Of a stretch of DNA of 32,000 nt, positions 21,615 through 31,785 are shown piece after piece. Origin of the DNA: Aliivibrio fischeri ES114 (GTDB lineage Bacteria; Pseudomonadota; Gammaproteobacteria; Enterobacterales; Vibrionaceae); the NCBI RefSeq assembly GCF_000011805.1, contig NC_006840.2; one strand, given 5' to 3'. Each line of letters starts with the position of its first letter. Position 1 is the first letter of the stretch. The position numbers and the translations under genes are program-made. Under the pieces are notes generated by a model that was not told the origin of the DNA, did no database searches, and worked only from the letters and a program-made list of their open reading frames with translations.

Positions 21615-22412
21615 ATGATTACCATTGTTGCATCGGATCTTGACGGTACCCTTCTTACTCCAGAGCACAAAGTTGCTGACTTCACGAAAAAAACACTGAA
21701 CAAATTACACCAGCAAAATTTAACCTTTATTTTTGCAACGGGTCGCCATCATATTGATGTTGGTAATATTCGCAGTGATGTGGGTATTCCTGCTTATATG
21801 ATCACATCTAATGGTGCTCGAGTTCATGATGCTGATGATAATTTAATTTACAGCAAAAATGTTCCAGAAACGTTAGTGCCTCAGGTTATCGACCTACTAA
21901 AAAATGATGACCAACTGACAATTCATATGTACTCAGATACGCAATGGTTCATTAATGCTGAAGATGAGAGCTTAAAAGAATTTCATGACAACGGCTTCAC
22001 CTACACGGTATTCGATGTAAATAATCCACCAGTAGACGATATTGCTAAAGTCTTTGTGACCATGCCTGAACACGAGTATTTAGTTCAATATGAAGAACAA
22101 TTAAAAGCACAGTTTGGCGATCAACTTATGGTGGCTTTCTCTACGCCTTGGTGTTTAGAAATCATGGCAGCTGAAGTATCAAAAGGGGCAGCACTAGAGG
22201 CGGTGGCTAAATTACTTGGTAAGACATTAGAAAACTGCATTGCATTTGGTGACGGCATGAATGACTACGAAATGTTAAGCATGGCTGGCAAAGGTATTGT
22301 GATGGGTACATCGCACGAGAAAGTAAAAAAAGCACTACCAAATAATGAAGTAATTGGTTCTTCAGCTGACGAAGCCGTTGCTCATTACCTAGAAAACTTA
22401 TTGCTTAAATAA
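21615..22412 (+). CDS. yigL: Cof-type HAD-IIB phosphatase (YigL-like)
   Basis: VASDLDGTLLTPEH, TFIFATGRHHIDVGNIR, FGDGMNDYEML; downstream of pldB. Confidence 0.85.
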   Translation: MITIVASDLDGTLLTPEHKVADFTKKTLNKLHQQNLTFIFATGRHHIDVGNIRSDVGIPAYMITSNGARVHDADDNLIYSKNVPETLVPQVIDLLKNDDQLTIHMYSDTQWFINAEDESLKEFHDNGFTYTVFDVNNPPVDDIAKVFVTMPEHEYLVQYEEQLKAQFGDQLMVAFSTPWCLEIMAAEVSKGAALEAVAKLLGKTLENCIAFGDGMNDYEMLSMAGKGIVMGTSHEKVKKALPNNEVIGSSADEAVAHYLENLLLK

Positions 22413-22486
22413 GCTTTTTCACTATTTGGCCTACCATAGGCCAAATAGTTGAAAGCATTGTAATTACATTTAAAATCAATAAATTA

Positions 22487-22517
22487 AAAAAACCAGAGAA
22501 TTCTCTGGCTTTTTATT
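22487..22517. terminator. Bidirectional terminator between yigL and xerC
   Basis: AAAAAACCAGAGAATTCTCTGGCTTTTTAT; perfect 16-nt palindrome CCAGAGAATTCTCTGG at 22493-22508 flanked by A- and T-runs. Confidence 0.85.
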
Positions 22518-22532
22518 TGATCCGAATCGAAC

Positions 22533-23444
22533 CTATTTTTTCTTCGCTCTAGGATGCGCTTGATCGTACGCTTGAGCAAGGTGTTGGAAATCTAAATGGG
22601 TATAGATTTGAGTAGTAGAAATATTTTCGTGCCCAAGTAGTTCTTGTACTGCACGTAAATTACCACTGGACTCCAGCATATGTGTCGCAAAAGAGTGACG
22701 CAATTTATGCGGGCTAATGTGACTATTTACCCCTTGCTTTAATCCCCATTCAGCCATGCGTTTTTGTACATTTCGATGAGAAATACGCACACCTAACTTA
22801 GAAACAAACAGTCCTTTTTCTTCTGGTTTTGCCAATTGATTCCGCACTCGTAACCAGTGACCTAACCACTCTTTCGCTTGACCTGAAAATGGCACTTTAC
22901 GCTCTTTATCGCCTTTACCAATAACACGTAATTCGCCTTGACGTAATTGAATATCACGAACATCAATGCTGACCAATTCCGCCAAACGTAAACCGGCACC
23001 ATACATTAATTCCATGATAGCGCGATCACGAATAGACAATGGGTCATCTTCATTTACTTCAAGTAATTGCCCCATCTCATCTACATCAATATTTTTAGGC
23101 AAAGGACGAGATTTACGAGGAGCAGACACCCCTTTAGCAGGATTAGCCGTCAATACATTACGTAAGACTAAAAAATCAAAGAAACTACGTAGAGAAGATA
23201 AACGCGTAGATAAACTGCTCGCTTTTAATCCTTCACGCATTCCTTTACTGGTAACTTGTCTCACCCATCCAGCATCAACGTCTTGCCAAGATTCAACGCC
23301 TAGCTCAACAAGTTGTTCCGCAATGGTCGTCAATTGACGTTTATAATTACGTTGGGTATAGATACTGAGTCCTTTCTCATTGCGCAAGAACTCATAAAAG
23401 GCATCAAGATGCTTTGAAAATTGAACCGGTAAAACATCACTCAT
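22533..23444 (-). CDS. xerC: Tyrosine recombinase XerC
   Basis: MYGAGLRLAELVSIDVRD, SPHKLRHSFATHMLESSGNLRAVQELLGHENISTTQIYTHLDF; in the lysA-dapF-DUF484-xerC cluster. Confidence 0.97.
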   Translation of the reverse strand: MSDVLPVQFSKHLDAFYEFLRNEKGLSIYTQRNYKRQLTTIAEQLVELGVESWQDVDAGWVRQVTSKGMREGLKASSLSTRLSSLRSFFDFLVLRNVLTANPAKGVSAPRKSRPLPKNIDVDEMGQLLEVNEDDPLSIRDRAIMELMYGAGLRLAELVSIDVRDIQLRQGELRVIGKGDKERKVPFSGQAKEWLGHWLRVRNQLAKPEEKGLFVSKLGVRISHRNVQKRMAEWGLKQGVNSHISPHKLRHSFATHMLESSGNLRAVQELLGHENISTTQIYTHLDFQHLAQAYDQAHPRAKKK

Positions 23445-24141
23445 TATCTAACTTCGACCATTGAGTTAATAAATAATGAAACACACTCACTAATTGCTCT
23501 AAAAACAGTGTGCCCATATTCGGTTGAAAATGTCCGCCATCACGACTAGCAAATGCAATGATACCCATAGGCTTTGATGATGCACCTAAAGGTAAAATAG
23601 CAAAAGAGCCTAAATCAGAACTTGATAAATCCAACCCTCCATACGCAAAAAGGCTATCGCGGTCTGTTTTACGTAATCGCCCTAAATAAGCGGAATGCCC
23701 ATTCAAAAATTTCTTCACAAAATTATCTAGTGCACTTTGCTCGACATGATATTTAGGGTGAGAATGTTCAACAATTTTAATGTGTGCGGTTAAGTTAAGT
23801 TCAATGGCTTTTTTTTCAATAATAGCCACAGCTTGAGAAAAGTTTTCGCTCAATAACAATTGTTTTTGAATACTTGAAAACTCATGAAACAAACAATCAT
23901 TTTGTGCCGCTAACGACATCAATTGCGTAATTTCTTCTTCTAACTCACCAATACGACCACGCAATTTATTAACCTGAACCTCAACTAACGAAACCACCCC
24001 ACGCTCAGGTGTATCCACCTTAATTCGATTCAATAACTCAGGATGTTTTTGAAAGAAATCAGGGTGATCCGTTAAAAACTGAGCCACAATATCTTCTGTT
24101 AGCTCAGTTGGCTCTATGTATTCTTGTTGCTTCTCAATCAT
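23437..24141 (-). CDS. DUF484 family protein
   Basis: [48 protein letters not shown]; ATG at 24139-24141 overlaps the dapF TGA (ATGA) and the gene end overlaps the xerC start. Confidence 0.93.
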   Translation of the reverse strand: MIEKQQEYIEPTELTEDIVAQFLTDHPDFFQKHPELLNRIKVDTPERGVVSLVEVQVNKLRGRIGELEEEITQLMSLAAQNDCLFHEFSSIQKQLLLSENFSQAVAIIEKKAIELNLTAHIKIVEHSHPKYHVEQSALDNFVKKFLNGHSAYLGRLRKTDRDSLFAYGGLDLSSSDLGSFAILPLGASSKPMGIIAFASRDGGHFQPNMGTLFLEQLVSVFHYLLTQWSKLDNE

Positions 24142-24968
24142 ATTGATAATTGACCATCGTATACGTGTGTTGCAGGGCCTGTCATAAATAATGGTTTTCC
24201 TGGTCCTTGCCATACGATGTGCAAATCACCACCAGGTAAAGACACTTTCACTTCCTCACCCAATAATTCTTGCATAATACCTACAGCAACCGCACCACAA
24301 GCACCGCTACCACAAGCTTGAGTTTCACCAGCACCACGTTCATAAACACGTAATTTCACTTCATTTGGTGAGATGATTTGCATAAAGCCGGCATTTACAC
24401 GCTCAGGAAAGCGTTCATGGCTTTCCACTAACTGCCCATACTTATCAACATCATAAGCATCAACATCATCGACAACGGTCACACAGTGAGGATTTCCCAT
24501 ACTTACTGCGCCACTGAATAAGGTTTTATCATCAACACGCAATAAATACGTTTTTTCAGCTTGCGTTGCTTTAAATGGAATCTTATTTGGCTCAAATACA
24601 GGCTCACCCATGTTCACCGTAATTTGATCATCATCTTCCACTTTTAAAATCATTTTGCCTTTCTTAGTACTGACCGAAATGCTGGTTTTATTGGTTAACC
24701 CTTTCATTCGTACAAATCGAGCGAAACAACGTGCACCATTACCACACTGCTCTACTTCCGAGCCGTCAGCATTAAAAATTCGGTAATGAAAATCCGTTTC
24801 AGGATCATAAGGGGCTTCAACCACCAATAACTGATCAAATCCAATACCACGATGGCGATCAGCCAAACGACGGATCAGGTCTGGAGAAAAGAAAATATTC
24901 TGTGTCAGACAGTCAACAACCATAAAGTCGTTGCCTAGCCCGTGCATTTTAGAAAAATGAAAGTGCAT
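24138..24968 (-). CDS. dapF: Diaminopimelate epimerase
   Basis: [54 protein letters not shown] active-site cysteines. True start likely ATG at 24966-24968, not the track start at 25016. Confidence 0.97.
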   Translation of the reverse strand: MHFHFSKMHGLGNDFMVVDCLTQNIFFSPDLIRRLADRHRGIGFDQLLVVEAPYDPETDFHYRIFNADGSEVEQCGNGARCFARFVRMKGLTNKTSISVSTKKGKMILKVEDDDQITVNMGEPVFEPNKIPFKATQAEKTYLLRVDDKTLFSGAVSMGNPHCVTVVDDVDAYDVDKYGQLVESHERFPERVNAGFMQIISPNEVKLRVYERGAGETQACGSGACGAVAVGIMQELLGEEVKVSLPGGDLHIVWQGPGKPLFMTGPATHVYDGQLSI

Positions 24969-25048
24969 AGTTGTTCTTCTTATGTATGTTTTCTTTCTTG
25001 GCTGAAAAAAGAGCAAGCATGCTTAGCATCTTGCTCTTAATAATATTT

Positions 25049-26302
25049 TTAGTTGGGTAAAATCGCTTCCAGTTCCCACAATGAGCTTAGCTCTTCACGC
25101 TTACGAACAAGGTGAACGTCACCACCATCCACCATAATCTCTGCCGCTCGGCAACGTGTATTATAGTTGGATGACATTACAAACCCATAAGCACCTGATG
25201 AGCGAACGGCCAGTAAATCATTCGCTTCTAATACCAATGCTCGATCTTTCCCTAGGAAATCACCGGTTTCGCAAATAGGACCCACAAGATCGTAATTTTG
25301 AGCGTCACCCTCACGAGGTACAACAGGAACAATATCTTGCCACGCTTGATAAAGAGCAGGACGCATTAGATCGTTCATTGCCGCATCAATAATCGCAAAG
25401 TTTTTATGCTCAGTGTGTTTTAAAAACTCAACTTTAGTAACTAGGATACCTGCATTTGCAGCAATAGCACGTCCCGGCTCAAAAATAAGTTCTAAATCTT
25501 GATGTTCCGCTAGTCTGCCTAATAATGCGGTCGCATATTCAGAAGGTTGTGGCGGTAATTCATCTCGATAAACCACACCAAGACCACCACCAACATCAAG
25601 GTGACGAATATTAACGCCTTGTGCTTTTAAATCATCGATTAACGCAAGCAGACGATCCGTTGCATCAATAAACGGTTCAATATCGGTTAATTGAGAGCCG
25701 ATATGACAGTCGATACCTTGAACATCTAAATTTGGCAGGCTTTGAGCAAATTTATACACTTCAGGTGCATGATCAAACGCAATACCAAATTTGTTATCAC
25801 GCAACCCTGTAGAGATATACGGATGAGTTTTTGCATCTACATCTGGATTAATACGTAAAGAAATAGGCGCAATAACCCCCATTTCAGCCGCAACAGCATT
25901 TAGGCGTTCAAGCTCTGGCTCTGATTCAACATTAAAGCATTTAATTTTTAGCTCTAATGCACGACGCATTTCATCAGCCGTTTTACCTACACCAGAAAAA
26001 ACAACCTTAGTTGGATCGCCACCTGCGGCAACAACACGCTCTAATTCACCTTGAGAAACAATATCAAAGCCTGAACCTAGACGAGCAAGTGCATTTAACA
26101 CGCCGATATTTGAGTTCGCTTTTACGGCATAACACACAAGATGAGGGTGATTACCTACAGAGTTATCAAATGCTTTCCAGTGGCGCTCTAGTGTCGCACG
26201 AGAATACACGTATAAAGGTGTGCCGAATTGCTCAGCTAACTGTGTAATAGGCAGTTCTTCAGCCCAAAGTTGTCCATCATCTTTATAATTGAAATAATCC
26301 AA
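25049..26302 (-). CDS. lysA: Diaminopimelate decarboxylase
   Basis: YAVKANSN PLP-binding lysine motif, HIGSQL, GGGLGV, EPGRAI, CETGDFLG. Confidence 0.97.
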   Translation of the reverse strand: MDYFNYKDDGQLWAEELPITQLAEQFGTPLYVYSRATLERHWKAFDNSVGNHPHLVCYAVKANSNIGVLNALARLGSGFDIVSQGELERVVAAGGDPTKVVFSGVGKTADEMRRALELKIKCFNVESEPELERLNAVAAEMGVIAPISLRINPDVDAKTHPYISTGLRDNKFGIAFDHAPEVYKFAQSLPNLDVQGIDCHIGSQLTDIEPFIDATDRLLALIDDLKAQGVNIRHLDVGGGLGVVYRDELPPQPSEYATALLGRLAEHQDLELIFEPGRAIAANAGILVTKVEFLKHTEHKNFAIIDAAMNDLMRPALYQAWQDIVPVVPREGDAQNYDLVGPICETGDFLGKDRALVLEANDLLAVRSSGAYGFVMSSNYNTRCRAAEIMVDGGDVHLVRKREELSSLWELEAILPN

Positions 26303-26364
26303 TGTCGTCTTCCTTGTCTAGTTTTCGTTGTTCTGTTTATCGATTTATCCGCGAGAGTTATTGA

Positions 26365-26484
26365 CTACTCTGCCGCTTCTGTTTGTGGTGCTTCATCTGC
26401 AGGCATGTACAACGGACCAGTTTGGCCACAACCAGCTAAAGTAAGAAGGCTTAATAGCATTAATGCCATCACTCTTTTGTGCAT
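26365..26484 (-). CDS. lptM: LptM/YifL-type small lipoprotein, 39 aa
   Basis: Reverse complement reads MHKRVMALMLLSLLTLAGCGQTGPLYMPADEAPQTEAAE*. Lipobox LAGC followed by GQTGPLY, typical of LptM; located immediately upstream of lysA. Absent from the ORF track. Confidence 0.93.
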   Translation of the reverse strand: MHKRVMALMLLSLLTLAGCGQTGPLYMPADEAPQTEAAE

Positions 26485-26565
26485 AAGATTTTACCATTAG
26501 TGTTAATATCTACTGATGCTCTCTATAATCGCACCACAGCCAAGAAAAGCAATAGGATAAACAAG

Positions 26566-26880
26566 ATGAATAACACTGAATTTCACGAACTAGTCGATGA
26601 AAAACTGCAATTAATCGAAGATATGATTGATGATTCGGGTGCTGATATTGAACCTGTTATCACAGGAAACGTATTAACGCTGGAATTTGAAAATCGCAGC
26701 CAAATCGTCATTAACAAACAAGAACCAATGCACGAAATTTGGTTAGCTTCAAAATCTGGTGGCTTCCACTTCTCTTATGTTGATGAAAAATGGACATGTT
26801 CTAAAACGGGCATGGAATTTATCGAGATGGTAAAAGAAGAGTGTCAGAAGCACGCTGATGAAGAGATTGAGTGGGCTTAA
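26566..26880 (+). CDS. cyaY: Frataxin-like iron-binding protein CyaY
   Basis: MNNTEFHELVDEKLQLIEDMIDDSG...LTLEFENRSQIVINKQEPMHEIWLASKSGGFHF; ATG at 26566. Divergent from lptM-lysA. Confidence 0.96.
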   Translation: MNNTEFHELVDEKLQLIEDMIDDSGADIEPVITGNVLTLEFENRSQIVINKQEPMHEIWLASKSGGFHFSYVDEKWTCSKTGMEFIEMVKEECQKHADEEIEWA

Positions 26881-26919
26881 TTAAGACGCCTGCGGCTTAA
26901 GAAGAAAATAAATTTTCTA

Positions 26920-27004
26920 GAGACGGGCTTCGCCCTTGAGAGTAAAGCTCTTCTCCAGAGCTTTGCTCGTCTCAAGGCGAAGCCGCCCTCAAGCAGCTTG
27001 CTGC
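26920..27004. repeat. Cluster of nested and tandem GC-rich hairpins between convergent cyaY and prlC
   Basis: Outer imperfect arms GAGACGGGCTTCGCCCTTGAG (26920-26940) and CTCAAGGCGAAGCC (26971-26984); inner perfect stem AAAGCTCT (26944-26951)/AGAGCTTT (26957-26964); adjacent GCAGC-TT-GCTGC (26993-27004). Confidence 0.75.
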
Positions 27005-27014
27005 ATCTTATCCC

Positions 27015-29063
27015 TTAAGCTCCAATACCCGCGTGACGCAGCATTGCATCAACTTGCGGCTCACGACCACGGAAACGCTTGAACAACTCCATCGGTTCTT
27101 CACTGCCACCCATTTCCAAAATATTATTTAAGAAACTTTGGCCAGTCTCAGTATTAAAAATACCGTCCTCTTCAAAACGAGAGAACGCATCTGCTGATAA
27201 TACTTCTGCCCATAGGTAGCTGTAATAACCTGCACTGTACCCGCCTGCAAAAATATGACCAAAGCTGTGAGAGAAACGGTTCCACTCAACACTTGGTAAT
27301 ACCGCTACTTTCGCTTTCACTTCCGCTAGCGTTTCCAGCACTCGACCGCCTAGTTCAGGGTCAAAATTAGTGTGCAGTGTAAAATCAAACAAACCAAACT
27401 CTAACTGGCGCAAAATAAACATCGCTGATTGAAAGTTTTTCGCTGCTAGCATTTTATCTAGCATCTCTTTAGGAAGCGGTTCACCCGTTTCATAATGACC
27501 AGAGATAAACGCTAACGCCTCTTCTTCATAACACCAGTTTTCTAAGAACTGACTTGGCAGCTCAACTGCATCCCAAGGCACACCATTAATGCCCGATACC
27601 GAAGCCACATCAATTTGAGTCAGCATGTGATGAATACCGTGACCAAATTCGTGGAATAACGTCACCACTTCATCGTGAGTAAACAGTGCAGGTTTACCAC
27701 CGACAGGTTTATTAAAGTTGCAGGTTAGATAAGCAACAGGAGTCTGTAGTTCACCTTCTTGAGTCAAACGTCGTACACGACACTCATCCATCCATGCGCC
27801 ACCACGCTTATGCTCACGAGCATACAAATCAAGGTAGAAACTGCCGCGTAGTGTATTCGTTGAATCAAAGATATCAAAGAAACGCACTGACTCGTACCAT
27901 ACATCCACACCTTTACGCTCAACCACTGTCATACCAAACAGACGGTTCAATACTTCAAATAGGCCAGATACGGCTTTTGATTCAGGGAAATAAGGACGAA
28001 GCTCTTCATCAGAGATTTGATACAGCTTTTGCTTTAATTTTTCAGAGTAGTAAGTGATGTCCCACAAATCTAACTCATCAATACCAAACTCTTCTTTTAC
28101 AAATGCTTTTAGCTCTTCAACTTCACGCTCACCTTGAGGTTTTGCTTTTGTTGCTAGGTCATTTAAAAAGCCAAGTACTTGAGTTGGGCTTTCTGCCATT
28201 TTGGTTGCCAATGATTTATCACTGTATGAACCAAAACCAAGTAGACGAGCGATTTCATGACGAAGTTGTAATTCTTCTTCCATGATTGCGCTGTTGTCCC
28301 ACTTACCTGCATTTGGGCCACGATCCGATGCACGAGTAACGAACGCTTCATAAATTTCTTTACGTAATGGTTTGTTATCACAGTACGTCATTACAGGTAA
28401 GTAAGATGGCATTTCTAACGTAAGTAACCAGCCATCCAATTCTTTTGCTTCAGCCGCAGCTTTTGCTGCCGCCATTGCAGATTCAGGTAAACCTGATAAC
28501 TCTTTTTCGTCCGTAATGTGTTTTGACCAACCCATAGTAGCGTCAAGCACATTGTTGCTGAAGTTTGAGCTTAGCTCAGAGCTGCGTTTACTGATCTCGC
28601 CGTAACGCTTTTGCTGATCAGCCGGTAAACCAATACCTGATAAATCAAAATCACGCAGTTCATCAATGATGGTTTTTTGTTGAGCTTGAGATAAAGACGC
28701 AAACGCCTCGCTCTCTTTAATGGATTTATACGCTTCGTACAATCCTTTGTGTTGGCCAACCCAAGTGCCATATTCAGATAACTCAGGTAGACACGCTTCA
28801 TAAGCTTCACGCCATGCTTCGCTGTTTTTTACTGAATTTAAATGGCTTACTGGTGACCAAATACGGCTAAGGCGATCATCCGTTTCCGCTAAAGGAACAA
28901 TAATGCTTTCCCAGCTAGGGGTTACGTCAGAAGCTAATACTTCTTCAATTTTTGCACGGCAATCAGCAATCGCTTGTTCTACAGCAGGCTGAATATGCTC
29001 AGGCTTAATTTGAGAAAATGGAGGTAAATCGGTGAAGGTCAGTAGCGGGTTAGACATATTCAT
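27015..29063 (-). CDS. prlC: Oligopeptidase A (M3 zinc metallopeptidase)
   Basis: TLFHEFGHGIHHML (HExGH zinc motif); full-length M3 peptidase. Start may be the second ATG at 29057, based on RBS spacing. Confidence 0.96.
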   Translation of the reverse strand: MNMSNPLLTFTDLPPFSQIKPEHIQPAVEQAIADCRAKIEEVLASDVTPSWESIIVPLAETDDRLSRIWSPVSHLNSVKNSEAWREAYEACLPELSEYGTWVGQHKGLYEAYKSIKESEAFASLSQAQQKTIIDELRDFDLSGIGLPADQQKRYGEISKRSSELSSNFSNNVLDATMGWSKHITDEKELSGLPESAMAAAKAAAEAKELDGWLLTLEMPSYLPVMTYCDNKPLRKEIYEAFVTRASDRGPNAGKWDNSAIMEEELQLRHEIARLLGFGSYSDKSLATKMAESPTQVLGFLNDLATKAKPQGEREVEELKAFVKEEFGIDELDLWDITYYSEKLKQKLYQISDEELRPYFPESKAVSGLFEVLNRLFGMTVVERKGVDVWYESVRFFDIFDSTNTLRGSFYLDLYAREHKRGGAWMDECRVRRLTQEGELQTPVAYLTCNFNKPVGGKPALFTHDEVVTLFHEFGHGIHHMLTQIDVASVSGINGVPWDAVELPSQFLENWCYEEEALAFISGHYETGEPLPKEMLDKMLAAKNFQSAMFILRQLEFGLFDFTLHTNFDPELGGRVLETLAEVKAKVAVLPSVEWNRFSHSFGHIFAGGYSAGYYSYLWAEVLSADAFSRFEEDGIFNTETGQSFLNNILEMGGSEEPMELFKRFRGREPQVDAMLRHAGIGA

Positions 29064-29209
29064 TCCTTTTTATTTCTTATTCGATTTGATGTCACTATGT
29101 AGATAAGATGGTGCTTAATTGACTAAATTTCAATGGCTGATGCAAGAGTACACACATTGAGCCACAAACTTGGGTATAATATTCCCATTCCAATAGTGAG
29201 AGTTCATCC

Positions 29210-30049
29210 ATGTTAAGTTACCGTCACAGTTTTCATGCAGGCAACCATGCCGATGTGGTTAAACACATTGTACAAAGCCTTATCCTTAATTCATTAACTC
29301 AAAAAGATAAGCCATTTGTTTATCATGACACCCACTCAGGTGTTGGCCGTTACGACTTAACGCATGAATGGTCTGAAAAAACAGGTGAATACAAACAAGG
29401 TATCGCACGTATCTGGGATCAAGCGAATCTTCCAGAAGAAATCACCAGCTACCTTGATGCTATCAAAACCTTAAATGACGGCGAAGAGCTGCGTTACTAC
29501 CCGGGTTCTCCTCGTGTTGGCCGTGCACACTTACGTCGCCAAGACCGTATGGTACTGACGGAACTTCACCCTTCAGATTACCCACTGCTTGAACAAGAGT
29601 TTCACCGTGACCGCCAAGTGTCTATCTATAAAGAAGACGGCTTTGCGCGACTAAAAGCAAGTCTTCCGCCAAAAGAGCGCAGAGGATTAGTCTTAATCGA
29701 CCCACCTTATGAGCTTGCAAAAGAATATCGCGATGTTGTTACTGCTATTGGCCAAAGTCATAAGCGTTGGGCTACGGGTATTTATGCGATTTGGTATCCG
29801 GTAGTAAATCGTCACGATATCGACGATATGATCAACGGATTAAAAAAATTAGACATTCGTAACATTCTGCAAATTGAATTAGGTGTATCACCAGATACCA
29901 ACGAGCGTGGCATGACAGCATCAGGCATGATCGTGATTAACCCACCTTGGAAGCTAGAAAGCCAAATGAATGATATTTTGCCTTTCTTAAAAGAAGCGAT
30001 TGCACCTGCAACAGGTCACTTCAAAGTAGAGTGGATTGTTCCAGAATAA
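29210..30049 (+). CDS. rlmJ: 23S rRNA (adenine(2030)-N(6))-methyltransferase RlmJ
   Basis: MLSYRHSFHAGNHADVVKHIVQ, YHDTHSGVGRYDL, LIDPPYE catalytic motif; adjacent to prlC and gorA. Confidence 0.95.
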   Translation: MLSYRHSFHAGNHADVVKHIVQSLILNSLTQKDKPFVYHDTHSGVGRYDLTHEWSEKTGEYKQGIARIWDQANLPEEITSYLDAIKTLNDGEELRYYPGSPRVGRAHLRRQDRMVLTELHPSDYPLLEQEFHRDRQVSIYKEDGFARLKASLPPKERRGLVLIDPPYELAKEYRDVVTAIGQSHKRWATGIYAIWYPVVNRHDIDDMINGLKKLDIRNILQIELGVSPDTNERGMTASGMIVINPPWKLESQMNDILPFLKEAIAPATGHFKVEWIVPE

Positions 30050-30266
30050 AAAATAAGGGTTCAGGCCGGTCGCAAGCTCCCTCAAAGGATTCAGGAAAAG
30101 CAGATAGCATTGCTCAGTTTTATCTCTTTCCTGAAACCTAGTAGACCTTGAAAAAGAAAAATTTGGTCGCATTTCATACATAGTAAATAAAAAGAATTAA
30201 TACCAATGTTATAAATTAGATGAAGATAATTATTAGAATTGGTTAACACTTATTGGAGAGAAAGTA

Positions 30267-31622
30267 ATGACTACACATTTTGATTATATCTGTATTGGCG
30301 GTGGTTCAGGCGGTATCGCATCAGCAAACCGTGCATCAATGTACGGTGCAAAAGTGGCACTGATCGAAGCTCAAGATCTTGGCGGTACGTGTGTAAACGT
30401 AGGGTGTGTACCTAAAAAAGTAATGTGGCATGGCGCTCAAGTTGCTGAAGCCATTAATCTATACGCTGAAGATTACGGCTTTGATGTAGAGCTAAAAGAA
30501 TTCAAATGGAACAAGATGATTGAAAGCCGCCAAGCTTACATTGGCCGCATTCATGAATCTTACGATCGCGTACTTGGTAATAACAAAGTAAACGTAATCA
30601 AAGGCTTTGCTAAGTTTGTTGATGCAAAAACCGTTGAAGTAAACGGTGAGCACTACACAGCGGATCATATTCTTATTGCCGTTGGCGGTCGTCCAACAAT
30701 TCCAAATATCCCTGGTGCAGAATACGGTATTGATTCAAACGGTTTCTTTGAACTGACTGAACAACCAAAACGCGTTGCGGTTATTGGTGCAGGTTACATT
30801 GCAGTAGAAATCGCAGGCGTTCTTCATTCTCTAGGTACAGAAACTCACCTATTCTGCCGTAAAGAATCACCACTACGTAGCTTTGACCCAATGATCATCG
30901 ATACGCTAGTTGAAGTAATGAATACCGAAGGCCCAACACTTCATACTCACTCGGTACCAAAAGAAGTAGTTAAAGAAGCAGACGGCAGCCTAACGCTTCA
31001 CCTAGAAAACGGTAATACACAAAACGTTGATACGCTAATTTGGGCTATCGGTCGTCACCCAGCAACGGATGCTATCAATCTTGATAAAACCGGTGTTGCA
31101 ACAAACGATCGCGGTTACATCAAAGTGGATGAATACCAAGAAACAAACGTGAAAGGCATCTACTGTGTTGGTGACATCATGGAAGGCGGTATTGAGCTGA
31201 CTCCTGTTGCGGTTAAAGCAGGTCGTCAACTTTCAGAGCGTCTATTTAATGGCAAAACCAATGCAAAAATGGACTACGATTTAGTTCCTACTGTTGTATT
31301 TAGCCACCCACCAATTGGTACGATTGGCTTAACAGAACAAGAAGCTGACGAACAATACGGCAAAGAGAACGTGAAAGTGTACACATCAGGCTTTACTGCA
31401 ATGTACACAGCAGTAACTAAGCACCGTCAACCTTGTAAGATGAAGCTAGTCTGTGCGGGCGAAGATGAAAAAGTTGTTGGCCTACACGGTATCGGTTTCA
31501 CGGTTGATGAAATGATCCAAGGTTTTGCAGTTGCAATGAAGATGGGCGCAACTAAGGCTGATTTCGATGCCGTTGTGGCTATTCACCCAACAGGTTCAGA
31601 AGAATTTGTAACGATGCGATAG
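30267..31622 (+). CDS. gorA: Glutathione-disulfide reductase
   Basis: [45 protein letters not shown] redox-active disulfide; C-terminal [16 protein letters not shown]. Confidence 0.96.
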   Translation: MTTHFDYICIGGGSGGIASANRASMYGAKVALIEAQDLGGTCVNVGCVPKKVMWHGAQVAEAINLYAEDYGFDVELKEFKWNKMIESRQAYIGRIHESYDRVLGNNKVNVIKGFAKFVDAKTVEVNGEHYTADHILIAVGGRPTIPNIPGAEYGIDSNGFFELTEQPKRVAVIGAGYIAVEIAGVLHSLGTETHLFCRKESPLRSFDPMIIDTLVEVMNTEGPTLHTHSVPKEVVKEADGSLTLHLENGNTQNVDTLIWAIGRHPATDAINLDKTGVATNDRGYIKVDEYQETNVKGIYCVGDIMEGGIELTPVAVKAGRQLSERLFNGKTNAKMDYDLVPTVVFSHPPIGTIGLTEQEADEQYGKENVKVYTSGFTAMYTAVTKHRQPCKMKLVCAGEDEKVVGLHGIGFTVDEMIQGFAVAMKMGATKADFDAVVAIHPTGSEEFVTMR

Positions 31623-31652
31623 TCTGATATTAGACTCTCTATTCTAACGATA

Positions 31653-31684
31653 AAAAACGGGATAATAACTATCCCGTTTTTTAT
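31653..31684 (+). terminator. Rho-independent terminator after gorA
   Basis: AAAAACGGGAT-AATAACT-ATCCCGTTTTTTAT stem-loop with T-run. Confidence 0.88.
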
Positions 31685-31785
31685 TTTTACGAGATAGGTA
31701 ATAATTCTTATCACCCGATATATTCATAACATGTTAGTCTTCAGTTACTTTCATAAAAACATAAACTCAAGCAATAGGTATATAC

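Noticed and set aside
22533-23444. Tyrosine recombinase as evidence of an integron or mobile element
   Set aside because: Sequence and the lysA-dapF-DUF484-xerC context identify the housekeeping XerC; no attachment sites, cassettes or cargo genes are visible nearby.
27794-28810. Several 60-87 aa ORFs inside prlC
   Set aside because: They lie in alternate frames of a conserved M3 peptidase gene; spurious.
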